Below are positions 1 through 9,483 of a DNA stretch of 27,412 bases, one piece after another. This DNA comes from Candidatus Hermodarchaeota archaeon. GTDB lineage: Archaea > Asgardarchaeota > Heimdallarchaeia > Hodarchaeales > Hodarchaeaceae. A program made the position numbers and the translations under genes. The notes under the pieces were generated by a model that saw only the letters and a program-made list of their open reading frames with translations, searched no databases and was not told where the DNA came from. Where the stretch lies: positions 1 to 27,412 of the forward strand of contig JBHLKY010000035.1 of NCBI GenBank assembly GCA_048886185.1, in the 5' to 3' direction. How positions within the stretch are numbered: the stretch's first letter is position 1; every line of letters begins with the position of its first letter.

Positions 1-299
1 ACATAGAGAGTTTGACTTTTTAATTGATTTTTTTCATTCATTGAAACTCTTTTTCCACCAGGAACTACTAATTTTAATTTTTCTAGCGTATTTAAGTATC
101 TGTAAAGCGTAATATCCGATTTCTTTTCTCCTTTTATTCTGTATGCAGCACTTATTTCATTTAATGTCATAGGCCCTTTTTGAAGAATTTTTATTACCTG
201 AACTAGCTTTTCATTATTCCATACTTCAGCTTCTTTACCACGGAGTACTTTAACAAATCGTTGTTTAAATGAAATTGCGTCTTGTGGAGTATCTGACAT
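1..299 (-). CDS. Winged helix-turn-helix (ArsR-like) transcriptional regulator, 5' part; runs off the window start
   Basis: Not in the ORF track. Manual translation from ATG at 299 is open to base 1: MSDTPQDAISFKQRFVKVLRGKEAEVWNNEKLVQVIKILQKGPMTLNEISAAYRIKGEKKSDITLYRYLNTLEKLKLVVPGGKRV...; IKILQKGPMTLNEI...TLYRYLNTLEKLKLV is a wHTH pattern similar to 13339-14040. Confidence 0.78.
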   Translation of the reverse strand, partial: MSDTPQDAISFKQRFVKVLRGKEAEVWNNEKLVQVIKILQKGPMTLNEISAAYRIKGEKKSDITLYRYLNTLEKLKLVVPGGKRVSMNEKNQLKSQTLY

Positions 300-858
300 G
301 ATAAATACCAATTTTCAATAGTTTGGTAAAATTATTCTATTAGTTATTTCAAATAATAGATGAGTTTTTTTTCATTACGATGAAAAATAAATGTTATTAC
401 ATAGAAAATAAATAATTAGCATTTCAAAATTAAAAGCTTCTTAACCTTCCTCTTTAACCCTGTAATTTCTTGTCAATCTTTCTCGTTTTTTGTTTGGGTA
501 ACTTATTTCTTGTTAAGGAAGCAATTTGTATTAGATCGGCTAGGAGCGAAGAATGTACTTCTTCATCGAACCTGAATTCTGATTTTTTTCTTCTTCTACT
601 AGGTATTTTTCTCTCTTCCCAATCTATGAATTCATTGATAGCTTTTTCTGAATTTATTTAACAGTATTATAACAATTATAAGTTATAATTTTTGTTTTAC
701 TCACTTTTTTTTTGAAATATGGCATTGATGAGAATTACTCCTTGTCATTTGTAGTTCATGAATAAAACAATTCATTGATAATCTATTTTCATTACCGTAA
801 CAATAGACTATTAATAGAGTGAAACTATAGTCTTACTTATTTGAAAAAGAGGTTTTTT

Positions 859-2244
859 ATGGAAATATTTCAACCAGAGGAAAAAATTTTTGATCCAAAA
901 GCTGATAGTACTCAAAGAATCAGATCTAAATTAGTATCTACTTCGTTTATGCGCTTTTTAGGTGTTACTGAGCTTCCGTTGCGATCTCAATGGTTAATTC
1001 AGAAATTTCTTCTTATTGCAAATTTACAAACGTCTTTAATTATTATTTCTAGTACTTTCTATGTCTTGTTTGTTATTGATAGAATTGGTTTCAGTACTTT
1101 GGGTTTGCTTCTTTCTATTAGTTTTATTACACAAGCGATTCTAGATTATCCAACTGGTGTTATTGGAGATTGGATTGGACAACGTTGGAGTCTAGCTATC
1201 GCTTTTTGTGGCTATGGACTTTCTTATTCAGTTATTATCCATGCTACATCTGTTACAGATTTTTTGTTAGTATATCTCCTGAATGCTTTTGCTAGCTCAC
1301 AGCAATCTGGTGCTTTAGGGTCTTGGTTTGATAATAATTACAAGGTGTCAGTAGGTAAAACAGATATTGATCGAAAAACCTATCGAGAACTTTTTGGGAG
1401 GCAAGCAATACTTTCTAGGTTTGTAACAGCAGCAATGATAATTTTAGGTGGAGTCACAGCAACAGTTTTTTTTCGGGAATTACTATTTGTGGTACAAGCA
1501 TTTGGTATGTTTGGATTAGCTTTATTGTGTTTGATTCTTATAAAAGATTATCCTGAGATTTCTAAGCCCGAATTATCTTTTAGAAAATATTTCAATCTTT
1601 TGGGAGAAGGATTACAATTCAGTTTTGGTTCCAAACACATGTTATTTTTCATTGCAGGTGTAAGTATTGCTAGTACTACTTTTTTAATTTGGGGTAATAT
1701 GATTCTTTTTCCTATGTATTTTGGATATACTGGATCTGATGGGGGAGCTGCATTTATTCGTTTTAGTTTTTATGTCCTAACTGCTTTCACTATGCCAAAA
1801 GCTGGAAAATGGAGTAAAAATCTTAATGCCCGTAAATGGATTCCACGCTTGCGACTGATTCATACAGTTATTTTTTATGCATGTTTTATATTGATTTTTA
1901 CCATTTTCCCCTTTAAAAATGATTTGAACTTATTGGCAATTGTAGTAGTAGGATTTACTTTCCTTCTTACAGAATGCTTATTAGCTACTGACCTTTTTCT
2001 AAGACAACGATTGCTTATTGACGTGGTTCCTGATACGAACCGAAATTCTGTTTACAGTTTACTACCCACATTGAATTTTTTAGTTTCAGCTCCATTCATA
2101 TTCATATCTGGTACTATTATTGAATTAATGGGTGTCCCTTTAACTTTAATCGGTTGTATGTTATTGGGATTTATCTCTTCTGGCTTCTTCTTTCTCTCTC
2201 TTCGATCTCTACCCAAAGGTATTTTAAAAGAAGAAGAGGAGTAG
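859..2244 (+). CDS. Major facilitator superfamily transporter
   Basis: About 12 hydrophobic segments; MFS motif A-like DYPTGVIGDWIGQRW. ATG at 859 follows GAGGT (849-853), so it is preferred over the track's TTG at 841. Confidence 0.88.
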   Translation: MEIFQPEEKIFDPKADSTQRIRSKLVSTSFMRFLGVTELPLRSQWLIQKFLLIANLQTSLIIISSTFYVLFVIDRIGFSTLGLLLSISFITQAILDYPTGVIGDWIGQRWSLAIAFCGYGLSYSVIIHATSVTDFLLVYLLNAFASSQQSGALGSWFDNNYKVSVGKTDIDRKTYRELFGRQAILSRFVTAAMIILGGVTATVFFRELLFVVQAFGMFGLALLCLILIKDYPEISKPELSFRKYFNLLGEGLQFSFGSKHMLFFIAGVSIASTTFLIWGNMILFPMYFGYTGSDGGAAFIRFSFYVLTAFTMPKAGKWSKNLNARKWIPRLRLIHTVIFYACFILIFTIFPFKNDLNLLAIVVVGFTFLLTECLLATDLFLRQRLLIDVVPDTNRNSVYSLLPTLNFLVSAPFIFISGTIIELMGVPLTLIGCMLLGFISSGFFFLSLRSLPKGILKEEEE

Positions 2245-2757
2245 ATAAAAGGCAAAATTATCTTGACAATAGTGATTCTTTAGCAAAAAAGCATGTTATC
2301 GCTAAGAATCTGCTAAAATTGGGGAAATCACAGGAAATTTGAAATGATGAAGTTAATAAGATATACACCCAATGTTACGGAAAAATATGACTTAGATTTC
2401 ATTCTCTATTTGAAAAACTTCACTTAGATGAAGTATGAAGAGAGTAGGTCAATTCATATACAGTCAAATTATTGTCTGATGACCGTTACTACCTCAATCA
2501 ACAAGTGAAGCTATCGCTTCCTCAGATTATATAAGCAATGAACTCATTACTAAAAATTCAGAAACCCAAGAAATCATTGTGTTCTTACTTGAAATTTCCG
2601 TATGGGACCCATTTCAGGTATTTACCCTAATAAATACCTTCCATAACCTATCCAAGGAATTGTTTCAAAAAAAATGTGATATAGGAATAATTTTCATTTC
2701 ATTGATGTCATATTATTTACTAGCTATTCTAAAGTATTAAAAATTAATCTATTAAGA

Positions 2758-4065
2758 GTGGATTATTTGAAAGTAGCAATTATCGGATCAGGAATAGGTG
2801 GATGTTCTGCAGCATACTTTTTAAAGGAGCTAATAACTGAATCCATTGATATTACTGTTTTTGAGAGTAACAATAAAATCGGAGGACGCTTACTTAACAG
2901 AAAAATAAAACCAGTTGTAGTAGAATTAGGAGGAACTTTCTTTCATTCAATGAATTTAAATATGCAATATTTTGTGGAAAAACTTTCCTTACAAAAAGAA
3001 AAGTTCATCTTACCTAAAATTGGGGTCTGGAATGGATCAAAATTCATCTATAAATCTAGTTCCATGACTCTAGTAACTAATCTCAAATTATTAATTCGGT
3101 ATCGAAGAAGTATGTTAAATTTATTGAGTATATTAAAGAGAGCAAAGCGAGAAATATTAAGTGTTTATGCAAATAATAGATTAGACAAGCATTATAATAC
3201 ATGTGAGGAATTATTCGGATCCCCTTTCCTTCTAGATTGCACCAGAAAAACCTTGGAAGAAGTTCTCAAAGAGAATGGAATATCTTCAAAACTGATTAAA
3301 GAGATAATAGAACCAGGTACTAGGTATATTTATCATCAAGACATAGACATTGATGGTTTTGCAGGTCTTGCAACGATAATCGCTTCTGACGGTTCTCCGA
3401 TTTATAAAATAAAAAATGGAAATGTTCAGCTTAATAAAGCTCTTCTAAAATCAGTAAATGCTAATGTTAAAATAAATCAGAGAATTGTTAAAATAAGTAG
3501 GATCGAAAATAAAGCTTTCCTATTAACAACACAAAAAGGGGACTCAGAAGAATATGATGCGGTTTTTATAGCAGCACCCCTAGAACAAGCAGATATAGAA
3601 TTTGAAAACTTAGCTATACCTGATTTAGAGAAAAGAGAATTTCGTAAAGTCTATATAAAACTCATCGAAGGCCAAATAAATCCAGAGTATTTTGGAATGA
3701 CTAGTGTTTCAGAGATACCTGAATTACTACTCACTACTGCTGATTTTACAGGTCCTTTCGATAATCTTGAAACTTTAGGGAAGTCTAAAGCAGGAAACTT
3801 TGTGTATAATCTTTTCTCTCCTCGTCCCATACCCAATGATTTAATTGAAAAAATGTTTAGAGAATGTGTAATTGAAGAAGATTTCTACTGGGAATATGCC
3901 CATCCAGTACCTAAACCAGTAACACAGAATTTTCAACCGTTTCTCTTAGAGACTCGGCTTTTATATATTAATACTGTGGAGTCAGTAGCCTCAACAATGG
4001 AGACAATGACAGTAGCTGCTAAAAATGCTGTTTTATTATTAAAGAAAGAGTTGGAAAAAGAATAA
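2758..4065 (+). CDS. PCYOX1: Prenylcysteine oxidase/lyase homologue (FAD-dependent; Prenylcys_lyase family)
   Basis: N-terminal FAD motif [15 protein letters not shown] and GGRL. Collinear similarity to human PCYOX1 as recalled: [21 protein letters not shown] ~ [45 protein letters not shown] ~ [49 protein letters not shown] ~ [25 protein letters not shown]. Confidence 0.85.
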   Translation: [435 protein letters not shown]

Positions 4066-4106
4066 CACTGAGGTCAATCTTCTTGGAAAATAGGTTTTCA
4101 TTCTTA

Positions 4107-4135
4107 TATATAGCAGATGTGTAATAACCAACGAT
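4107..4135 (+). repeat. Dispersed repeat, left (L) motif, orphan copy
   Basis: TATATAGCAGATGTGTAATAACCAACGAT matches 12276-12304 at 24/29 without gaps; its 3' 21 nt match 22235-22255 at 17/21. Confidence 0.7.
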
Positions 4136-4367
4136 CACCAACAATTTATCAATTATCTTTTAATTAATTTTTTTCCTTAACCAACATAAGTATTCCTAAA
4201 AAAAGTTGATTTCTTTCGCCTATGACAATCTCAATAATGTATAATCTGATAAGGAATAACTAGATATCCAAAATCCAAATATGTTGTCAATTCAGCTAGT
4301 TTTCTCTGATCGAGTTTCCATTACATCAAAAAATCTGCCCATTACTTTTTTATTTAATCAATAATAT

Positions 4368-5099
4368 TTAGGACAATAGGTTAATGATTTCTGTAATTTC
4401 ACAGTCTTTAGCTTTCGTTTTTAGTTGAATAACAATGTAGTAGATTATTATGAAGAATAAAAGGCCAATAAACGAGGCGATAAAATAATATAATTCTGAA
4501 ACATAAAAATCAATCAACCACATGCTCAAGAATTGAAGACCATCGATTAGTAAAATGAAAACAGCAAGTAATGAACGTTTTTCAACTAATTCAATAAATT
4601 CAAATGTTTCAGGAGATTTACAAAACTGTTTACTTGATTTTATTCGGAGATATAACTGAATAACAAAATATTGGCCTATCGAAATGGTAATTGCTTGAAA
4701 TGTGAACACTATCAGAATAAGTTCTTGAAAATCAAGTACAGCTAAAATGATATTTGAAATCAACGCAGTGCTAATTATTACTATGAAATATTTCTCCAAA
4801 AGATTTCTACGATTTGAAAAGAGCGTTAAATAAAAAAATGCCAATTCAAGATAAAATAAATTATAAAAACTACCTAAAAATGCTAATTGATTATGGGTGA
4901 AAATAAAAGGAACTTCTAAAACAAAAATTATATCATAAATAAGAAGAAGTAATCCTGAATAGGTAGTAAATAAAGTTAGATGCATTAATGCTTCTTCTCG
5001 CACCTTCAACCAAGTTTTCAAGAGATCATAGGCAATTAAAAACACAAAAATAGATCCTATCATTAAAAAGCTGAAACTAATAATTGACAGTAAGCTCAT
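4368..5099 (-). CDS. Polytopic membrane protein, about 7 TM helices, unknown function
   Basis: Seven hydrophobic stretches; polar loop between TM5 and TM6; no Lys in TM7; start overlaps the RHH stop (ATGA, 5096-5099). Confidence 0.8.
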   Translation of the reverse strand: MSLLSIISFSFLMIGSIFVFLIAYDLLKTWLKVREEALMHLTLFTTYSGLLLLIYDIIFVLEVPFIFTHNQLAFLGSFYNLFYLELAFFYLTLFSNRRNLLEKYFIVIISTALISNIILAVLDFQELILIVFTFQAITISIGQYFVIQLYLRIKSSKQFCKSPETFEFIELVEKRSLLAVFILLIDGLQFLSMWLIDFYVSELYYFIASFIGLLFFIIIYYIVIQLKTKAKDCEITEIINLLS

Positions 5100-5293
5100 T
5101 TTATACCTACATCCTCATAGATACGTTTTGCGTATTCTTTAACCCAATCTTCCAATGAATCCTCAAGAACCATCGTACATAAGCTACTTGGCCGCAATCT
5201 AAGAAGCTCTCCATAATGTTCGATTTTTTCTCGTAACTCTGTCCGAAGACGTATTGTAATACAAGTTGTTCTCGTAATTCTGTTTTCCTCCAA
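5096..5293 (-). CDS. Ribbon-helix-helix (CopG-like) DNA-binding protein
   Basis: Alternating strand TCITIRL followed by two helices (TELREKIEHYGELL; PSSLCTMVLEDSLEDW); 65 aa; ATGA overlap with the downstream gene. Confidence 0.7.
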   Translation of the reverse strand: MEENRITRTTCITIRLRTELREKIEHYGELLRLRPSSLCTMVLEDSLEDWVKEYAKRIYEDVGIK

Positions 5294-5440
5294 TTACATT
5301 TTCTAGATTTTTCTAGTATTAAAAGAAATGTGTACATTGCACTCTTTGTACACCGATATTTATAAGCTTAATTCTCCATTGATGAAACAAACATTAGATT
5401 TGAGATAATGTTAAGAATTTATTAATTTGTGGGATCAAAA

Positions 5441-6154
5441 ATGGCGTCAAAAGAACAACCTGCTTTAGTCCTTATGGATGTACATCGTGATTTTGTTTTG
5501 GGTGAAACTATAGTTCATGCCCTTTGTGGAGTCACATTGGAGGTATTTGAAGGTGAATTTGTTGTTATTCTTGGGCCAAGTGGATCAGGAAAAACAACAT
5601 TGCTAAATCAAATTGGAGGTATTGATTCCCCTACAAAAGGGTTCATAAAAATTAAGGGAGAAGAAATTACTCAATGGGGGCCAGCAAAATTATCTGAATA
5701 TCGTCGGCATAAAGTTGGATGGATCTTTCAGTTCTTCAACCTTATTCCTTCATTACGAGTATGGGAAAATGTTGGTCTTGCACTGGAATTTAAAGGTGAT
5801 CACAAAAATGTGAAAGAGCGTTCTTGTAAAATATTGGAGGCAGTAGGGCTTGGTGATAAAGTAAATCGCTTCCCAAGTCAACTCTCTGGAGGAGAACAAC
5901 AGCGCGTCGCCATCGCGAGAGCACTCGTGAAAAATCCTGATATAATTGTGGCTGATGAACCTACTGGAAATTTAGACTTTATTACAGGCAAAAAAATCGC
6001 CGACCTGTTGAAACAACTTAATAAAGAATCTCATGGAACATATATCATCGTTTCTCATGATGTAAATATGACAAAAATAGCTGAACGTGTATTTCACCTC
6101 AGAGATGGGAAGATTGTTTCCAGCAATGAACAAATTGCTAATATTAAAAACTAA
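5441..6154 (+). CDS. ABC transporter ATP-binding protein (LolD/MacB/SalX type)
   Basis: Walker A GPSGSGKT, signature LSGGEQQRV, Walker B IIVADEPT, H-loop VSHD. ATG at 5441 preferred (track GTG at 5429). Confidence 0.95.
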   Translation: MASKEQPALVLMDVHRDFVLGETIVHALCGVTLEVFEGEFVVILGPSGSGKTTLLNQIGGIDSPTKGFIKIKGEEITQWGPAKLSEYRRHKVGWIFQFFNLIPSLRVWENVGLALEFKGDHKNVKERSCKILEAVGLGDKVNRFPSQLSGGEQQRVAIARALVKNPDIIVADEPTGNLDFITGKKIADLLKQLNKESHGTYIIVSHDVNMTKIAERVFHLRDGKIVSSNEQIANIKN

Positions 6155-6170
6155 ACTAGGGGGAAAATGA

Positions 6171-8612
6171 TTGAAAATCCTGACGAAAAAGATTTTTCGT
6201 GAGATACGCTTTAATAAATTCAGATCTATGGTTATAATTCTTACTGTAATGCTTACTATTACTTTAGGAATCGGTTTATTTACTTTAAAGCAATCACTTG
6301 ATGAATCTTTAGCGGCTCACCACAAAACTTTGAATAATGCTGATCTTCGAATTCGTTTAAACAACTATAATCTTACAGAGAATAATGTATTAGCATGGTT
6401 GGAAAATCCTAAGATACATGAAGCAGGCATTTCAGATTTAGAAGGACGGATATTTCATTATTCTTCTATAATATATAAAAATAAAACCTACAAAGCTTAC
6501 TTAATTGGGATTGGGGAACATAATACAATAAATCAATTAAAACTCGTGAAAGGAACTGATCAGTTATCAGATTCACAGCCATTGATTAATCAGCTTTCAA
6601 CAAATCAGGTGCTTCTAGAAAGACATTTTGGGAAGATGTTATTTGGTGGAGGAGCAGAGCTTAATGATGAACTTACAATTCAGATAAATAATACATCAGC
6701 AATCTCTATGGAAATATCAGGATTTGTGGTCGATTCTGACTATCTATATCCTGTAGATGAACAAACAGGATTAGCTGCTGTAGGTAATTTACCAATAATC
6801 TACATGCCACTTAAAATCCTTAAAACTCATCTTCAAGTGAATGGAATCAATGAAATTTTAGTAAAAACTATCACACGTTCTCATAGCGCTAGTCAAATTG
6901 CTGATCAAGCCCTTAATACTATTATTGGTGGTAATCAAATTGAAACTGTTTTATATTGGGATAAAACTCCCGATATGGAATTCTATGAATTTGATCAACC
7001 TATGGAAAAATTGGGTTTAGTTTTTGGGATCTTTGGATTGATAGCAGGTGCAACAGCGATATACAATTCATTATCGAAACTTATTTTGGCTCAAAGGACT
7101 TATATTGGAGTTTATGGGGCACTTGGAGCAAAAAAACGTTCCGTTTTAACTCATTACATTGGATTTGGAATTACACTGGGGATAATCGGAACAGGATTAG
7201 GATGGATGGGGGCTACAATCATTAATTTTGCAATAGTAGAATTCTATACATTCTATTATGGCTTTCTCACCACGAGAATTGGATTTAATCCAGTGATTTG
7301 GATCGGTGGTTCATTATTTGGATTGATAATTATTTTCATTTCTTCATTAATTGCAACCTTACCTGTTCTTCACCTCACACCTCGTGAAGCTATGGTTGCT
7401 CCTTATACCAAAACCCAACTCGGAAAAGAACCATTATTAGAAAAAATAGCTTCTAAAATAGGTCTATTCAAGAGCTCAACTTCCAAACTTCCTCTTAGAA
7501 CAGTATTTATGAATAAAAAACGCTCTTTGACTACGACAATTGCTATAGCAACGTCAATGATCATTTTCGTCACATCAATCAGTCTGGTCTCAGATATTCT
7601 ATATAGTATTGATCAGGATTACTCACATTATGAGAAATATGATGTAAAGATTTCGTTACGAGAACCTACTTCAGAAAAAGAGATTAAGGATTGGTGTGAT
7701 CAAATTGGGGGAATAAATATCGTTGAGGGGTATATTTCAACACAAGTATTTGTATCAGATTCTAATAGTGACCCACAAAGGGTCCCACTTGAAGCGTTTC
7801 ATACTAATTCCTCTTTACGAGAATATCATATTATCAAAGGAAATATTAAAGAGAAAAATGATCTTACCAAGGATAAACTCTTGGTTGGTAGCACTCTTGC
7901 AGAGGATTTGAATGTGAAAGTTGGAGATAAGCTAAATCTGACTATTAGTCAAGATAGTATAATTTCTCTGAAAATAGTTGGGATTACTGGCGAATTGTAC
8001 GACAATGCTCTATTATGGACCGTTGAAGCATTACGAGAGTATATTGGAATTTCAGAAAATGTCAATGCATTAGTTTTTAGTTATACAAACGGGTTAATGG
8101 AAAACGAGAAGGCTCAAATAGAACTTCAAATAAAAGAAAAATGGGATCCATACATCTATGCGGAAAGTGGAGAAACTTTAAAGACAATGAAATCGATGAT
8201 AGAAACCTCAACAAGTATTCTCTTCCTTATTGGTTTTTTGGGTCTTGGAGCTCTAGTACTATTTACATTTTCTAGCATGTCCTTAGCAATGATAGATCGG
8301 GAAATGGAATTCTTAGCTCTTCGAGCCATGGGCTCAAAAAAAAGAAATATTCTTAAAATTCTCTTTTTAGAGAATTTTTTCTATGGAATTTTTGGAATTA
8401 TTCTCGGTGTTCCATTAACACTCTCATTATTACGTCCTGCTTTCGATTTTATACAGAATGATATTTATATTACAGTTTTTGTCCCTATTGAACTATGGTT
8501 AAGTGTGGCGGGATTGATTTTGTTTTCAGTTTTATTATCTACTAGCATTCTTACATGGAGAACCTGGCGGAGTTCTTTGCCAGATATGCTTCGAAATAGG
8601 ATGATTTCATGA
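6171..8612 (+). CDS. ABC transporter permease, duplicated FtsX/MacB-type domains
   Basis: Two large extracytoplasmic domains each followed by FtsX-like TM blocks (IGVYGALGAKKRSV; REMEFLALRAMGSKKRNI); 16 nt downstream of the ATPase. Confidence 0.92.
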   Translation: MKILTKKIFREIRFNKFRSMVIILTVMLTITLGIGLFTLKQSLDESLAAHHKTLNNADLRIRLNNYNLTENNVLAWLENPKIHEAGISDLEGRIFHYSSIIYKNKTYKAYLIGIGEHNTINQLKLVKGTDQLSDSQPLINQLSTNQVLLERHFGKMLFGGGAELNDELTIQINNTSAISMEISGFVVDSDYLYPVDEQTGLAAVGNLPIIYMPLKILKTHLQVNGINEILVKTITRSHSASQIADQALNTIIGGNQIETVLYWDKTPDMEFYEFDQPMEKLGLVFGIFGLIAGATAIYNSLSKLILAQRTYIGVYGALGAKKRSVLTHYIGFGITLGIIGTGLGWMGATIINFAIVEFYTFYYGFLTTRIGFNPVIWIGGSLFGLIIIFISSLIATLPVLHLTPREAMVAPYTKTQLGKEPLLEKIASKIGLFKSSTSKLPLRTVFMNKKRSLTTTIAIATSMIIFVTSISLVSDILYSIDQDYSHYEKYDVKISLREPTSEKEIKDWCDQIGGINIVEGYISTQVFVSDSNSDPQRVPLEAFHTNSSLREYHIIKGNIKEKNDLTKDKLLVGSTLAEDLNVKVGDKLNLTISQDSIISLKIVGITGELYDNALLWTVEALREYIGISENVNALVFSYTNGLMENEKAQIELQIKEKWDPYIYAESGETLKTMKSMIETSTSILFLIGFLGLGALVLFTFSSMSLAMIDREMEFLALRAMGSKKRNILKILFLENFFYGIFGIILGVPLTLSLLRPAFDFIQNDIYITVFVPIELWLSVAGLILFSVLLSTSILTWRTWRSSLPDMLRNRMIS

Positions 8613-8856
8613 AAATCACGATCTATCCAGCCTTTAGCTCGTTTATTCTATTCAACTAAATGGATCTTAACCTTTTTCTTGAAAATAAATATACTCCAGC
8701 TGATTCGGGATGTTACTAGTAAAATTTTTGCGTTCGCGTTATACGTTATACATAGTATATCTTAATGGTTCTAGTCGGTTTTTTCTACTGCGATTGACTT
8801 TACTCTTAGAATAAAGCTGATACCATTTCTTCAGAGAAGTAGAACATACGGAGGTT

Positions 8857-9131
8857 TGTGTGTAATACCAACGATATGTGTAGAATTATATAGCGTTTTA
8901 TATAAAATGGTAGTCCTATCCAACTTTGATGAAATTTTTTTCCGTAAATTTTCCAGTTAAACTATTTTTGTAAACTAATCGAAGTTATATGCCATTTTAC
9001 ATATGTTTTTACATAAATTCAGTACTATATCCAACGCTCTATATAATTGGCTTAGAGACACGTATCATCGTAAGGTTATATGACTTTTTATATAACGTTT
9101 TATATAAAAAACTAGTTATATCCAACGATAT
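8857..9131 (+). repeat. Cluster of three degenerate direct repeats (38-52 nt) plus L-motif fragments
   Basis: 8887-8924 vs 9089-9126 match 32/38; 8998-9035 vs 9089-9126 match 25/38; the preceding 14-mers 8984-8997 and 9075-9088 match 12/14; GTGTAATACCAACGAT at about 8860-8875 is the L motif with a 1-nt deletion. Confidence 0.7.
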
Positions 9132-9147
9132 TTGAATAATTTTCTGG

Positions 9148-9366
9148 ATGAATACGAACTTGATAACAGATGACCAATATCGAATAGAAGAACTCTTAAG
9201 CCAATCAAGGTATGAGGAAGCGCAAGTAATTGTACAAAAATTGGAACAGATAGAAAATCTCCGTGTGGATGAGTACTTGAGATGTTTACTGTATAAAACG
9301 CGAATTTTGATTGGAAAGGAAGCTCTTCGAACTCAGGTTGGGACAAGACATAGAGGACAACAATAA
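9148..9366 (+). pseudogene. Truncated tetratricopeptide-repeat-like protein N-terminus
   Basis: IEELLSQSRYEEAQVIVQKLEQIENLRVDEYLRCLLYKTRILIGK resembles a TPR-like helical N-terminus; from codon 59 (9322) the frame reads through the dispersed R repeat and stops; no continuation seen. Confidence 0.6.
9311..9355 (+). repeat. Dispersed repeat, right (R) motif, orphan copy
   Basis: 9321-9355 AGCTCTTCGAACTCAGGTTGGGACAAGACATAGAG matches 22341-22375 at 31/35; TTGGAA precedes both copies. Confidence 0.85.
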
Positions 9367-9483
9367 TCGTATAAGTGGTTGTTCTAGATCATTTTTGCAG
9401 AATGTTTTTATTTATGAATTTCTAATATTAAGAGGTCACTTCGCCATTAAGTTGAGTGAATGTTAAGAAAGGTTGTGAAAGAT

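Noticed and set aside
470-661. 63-aa + strand ORF
   Set aside because: TTG start, Phe/Leu/Ser-rich, and an antisense shadow of a more protein-like minus frame; no motif.
2154-2342. 62-aa ORF ending IAKNLLKLGKSQEI, reminiscent of Rpn/YhgA-type transposase C-termini
   Set aside because: Overlaps the MFS 3' end out of frame; resemblance limited to about 10 residues; no upstream nuclease domain.
4368-5099. Possible microbial rhodopsin or heliorhodopsin
   Set aside because: No retinal-binding lysine motif in the seventh helix.
8951-8962. TTCCAGTTAAAC resembling an archaeal ORB origin box
   Set aside because: Single partial match with no G-string, no inverted partner and no orc1/cdc6 gene in the window.
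8857-9131. Possible CRISPR array
   Set aside because: Units are degenerate, spacing is unequal and too long (111 and 91 nt), and there are no cas genes.
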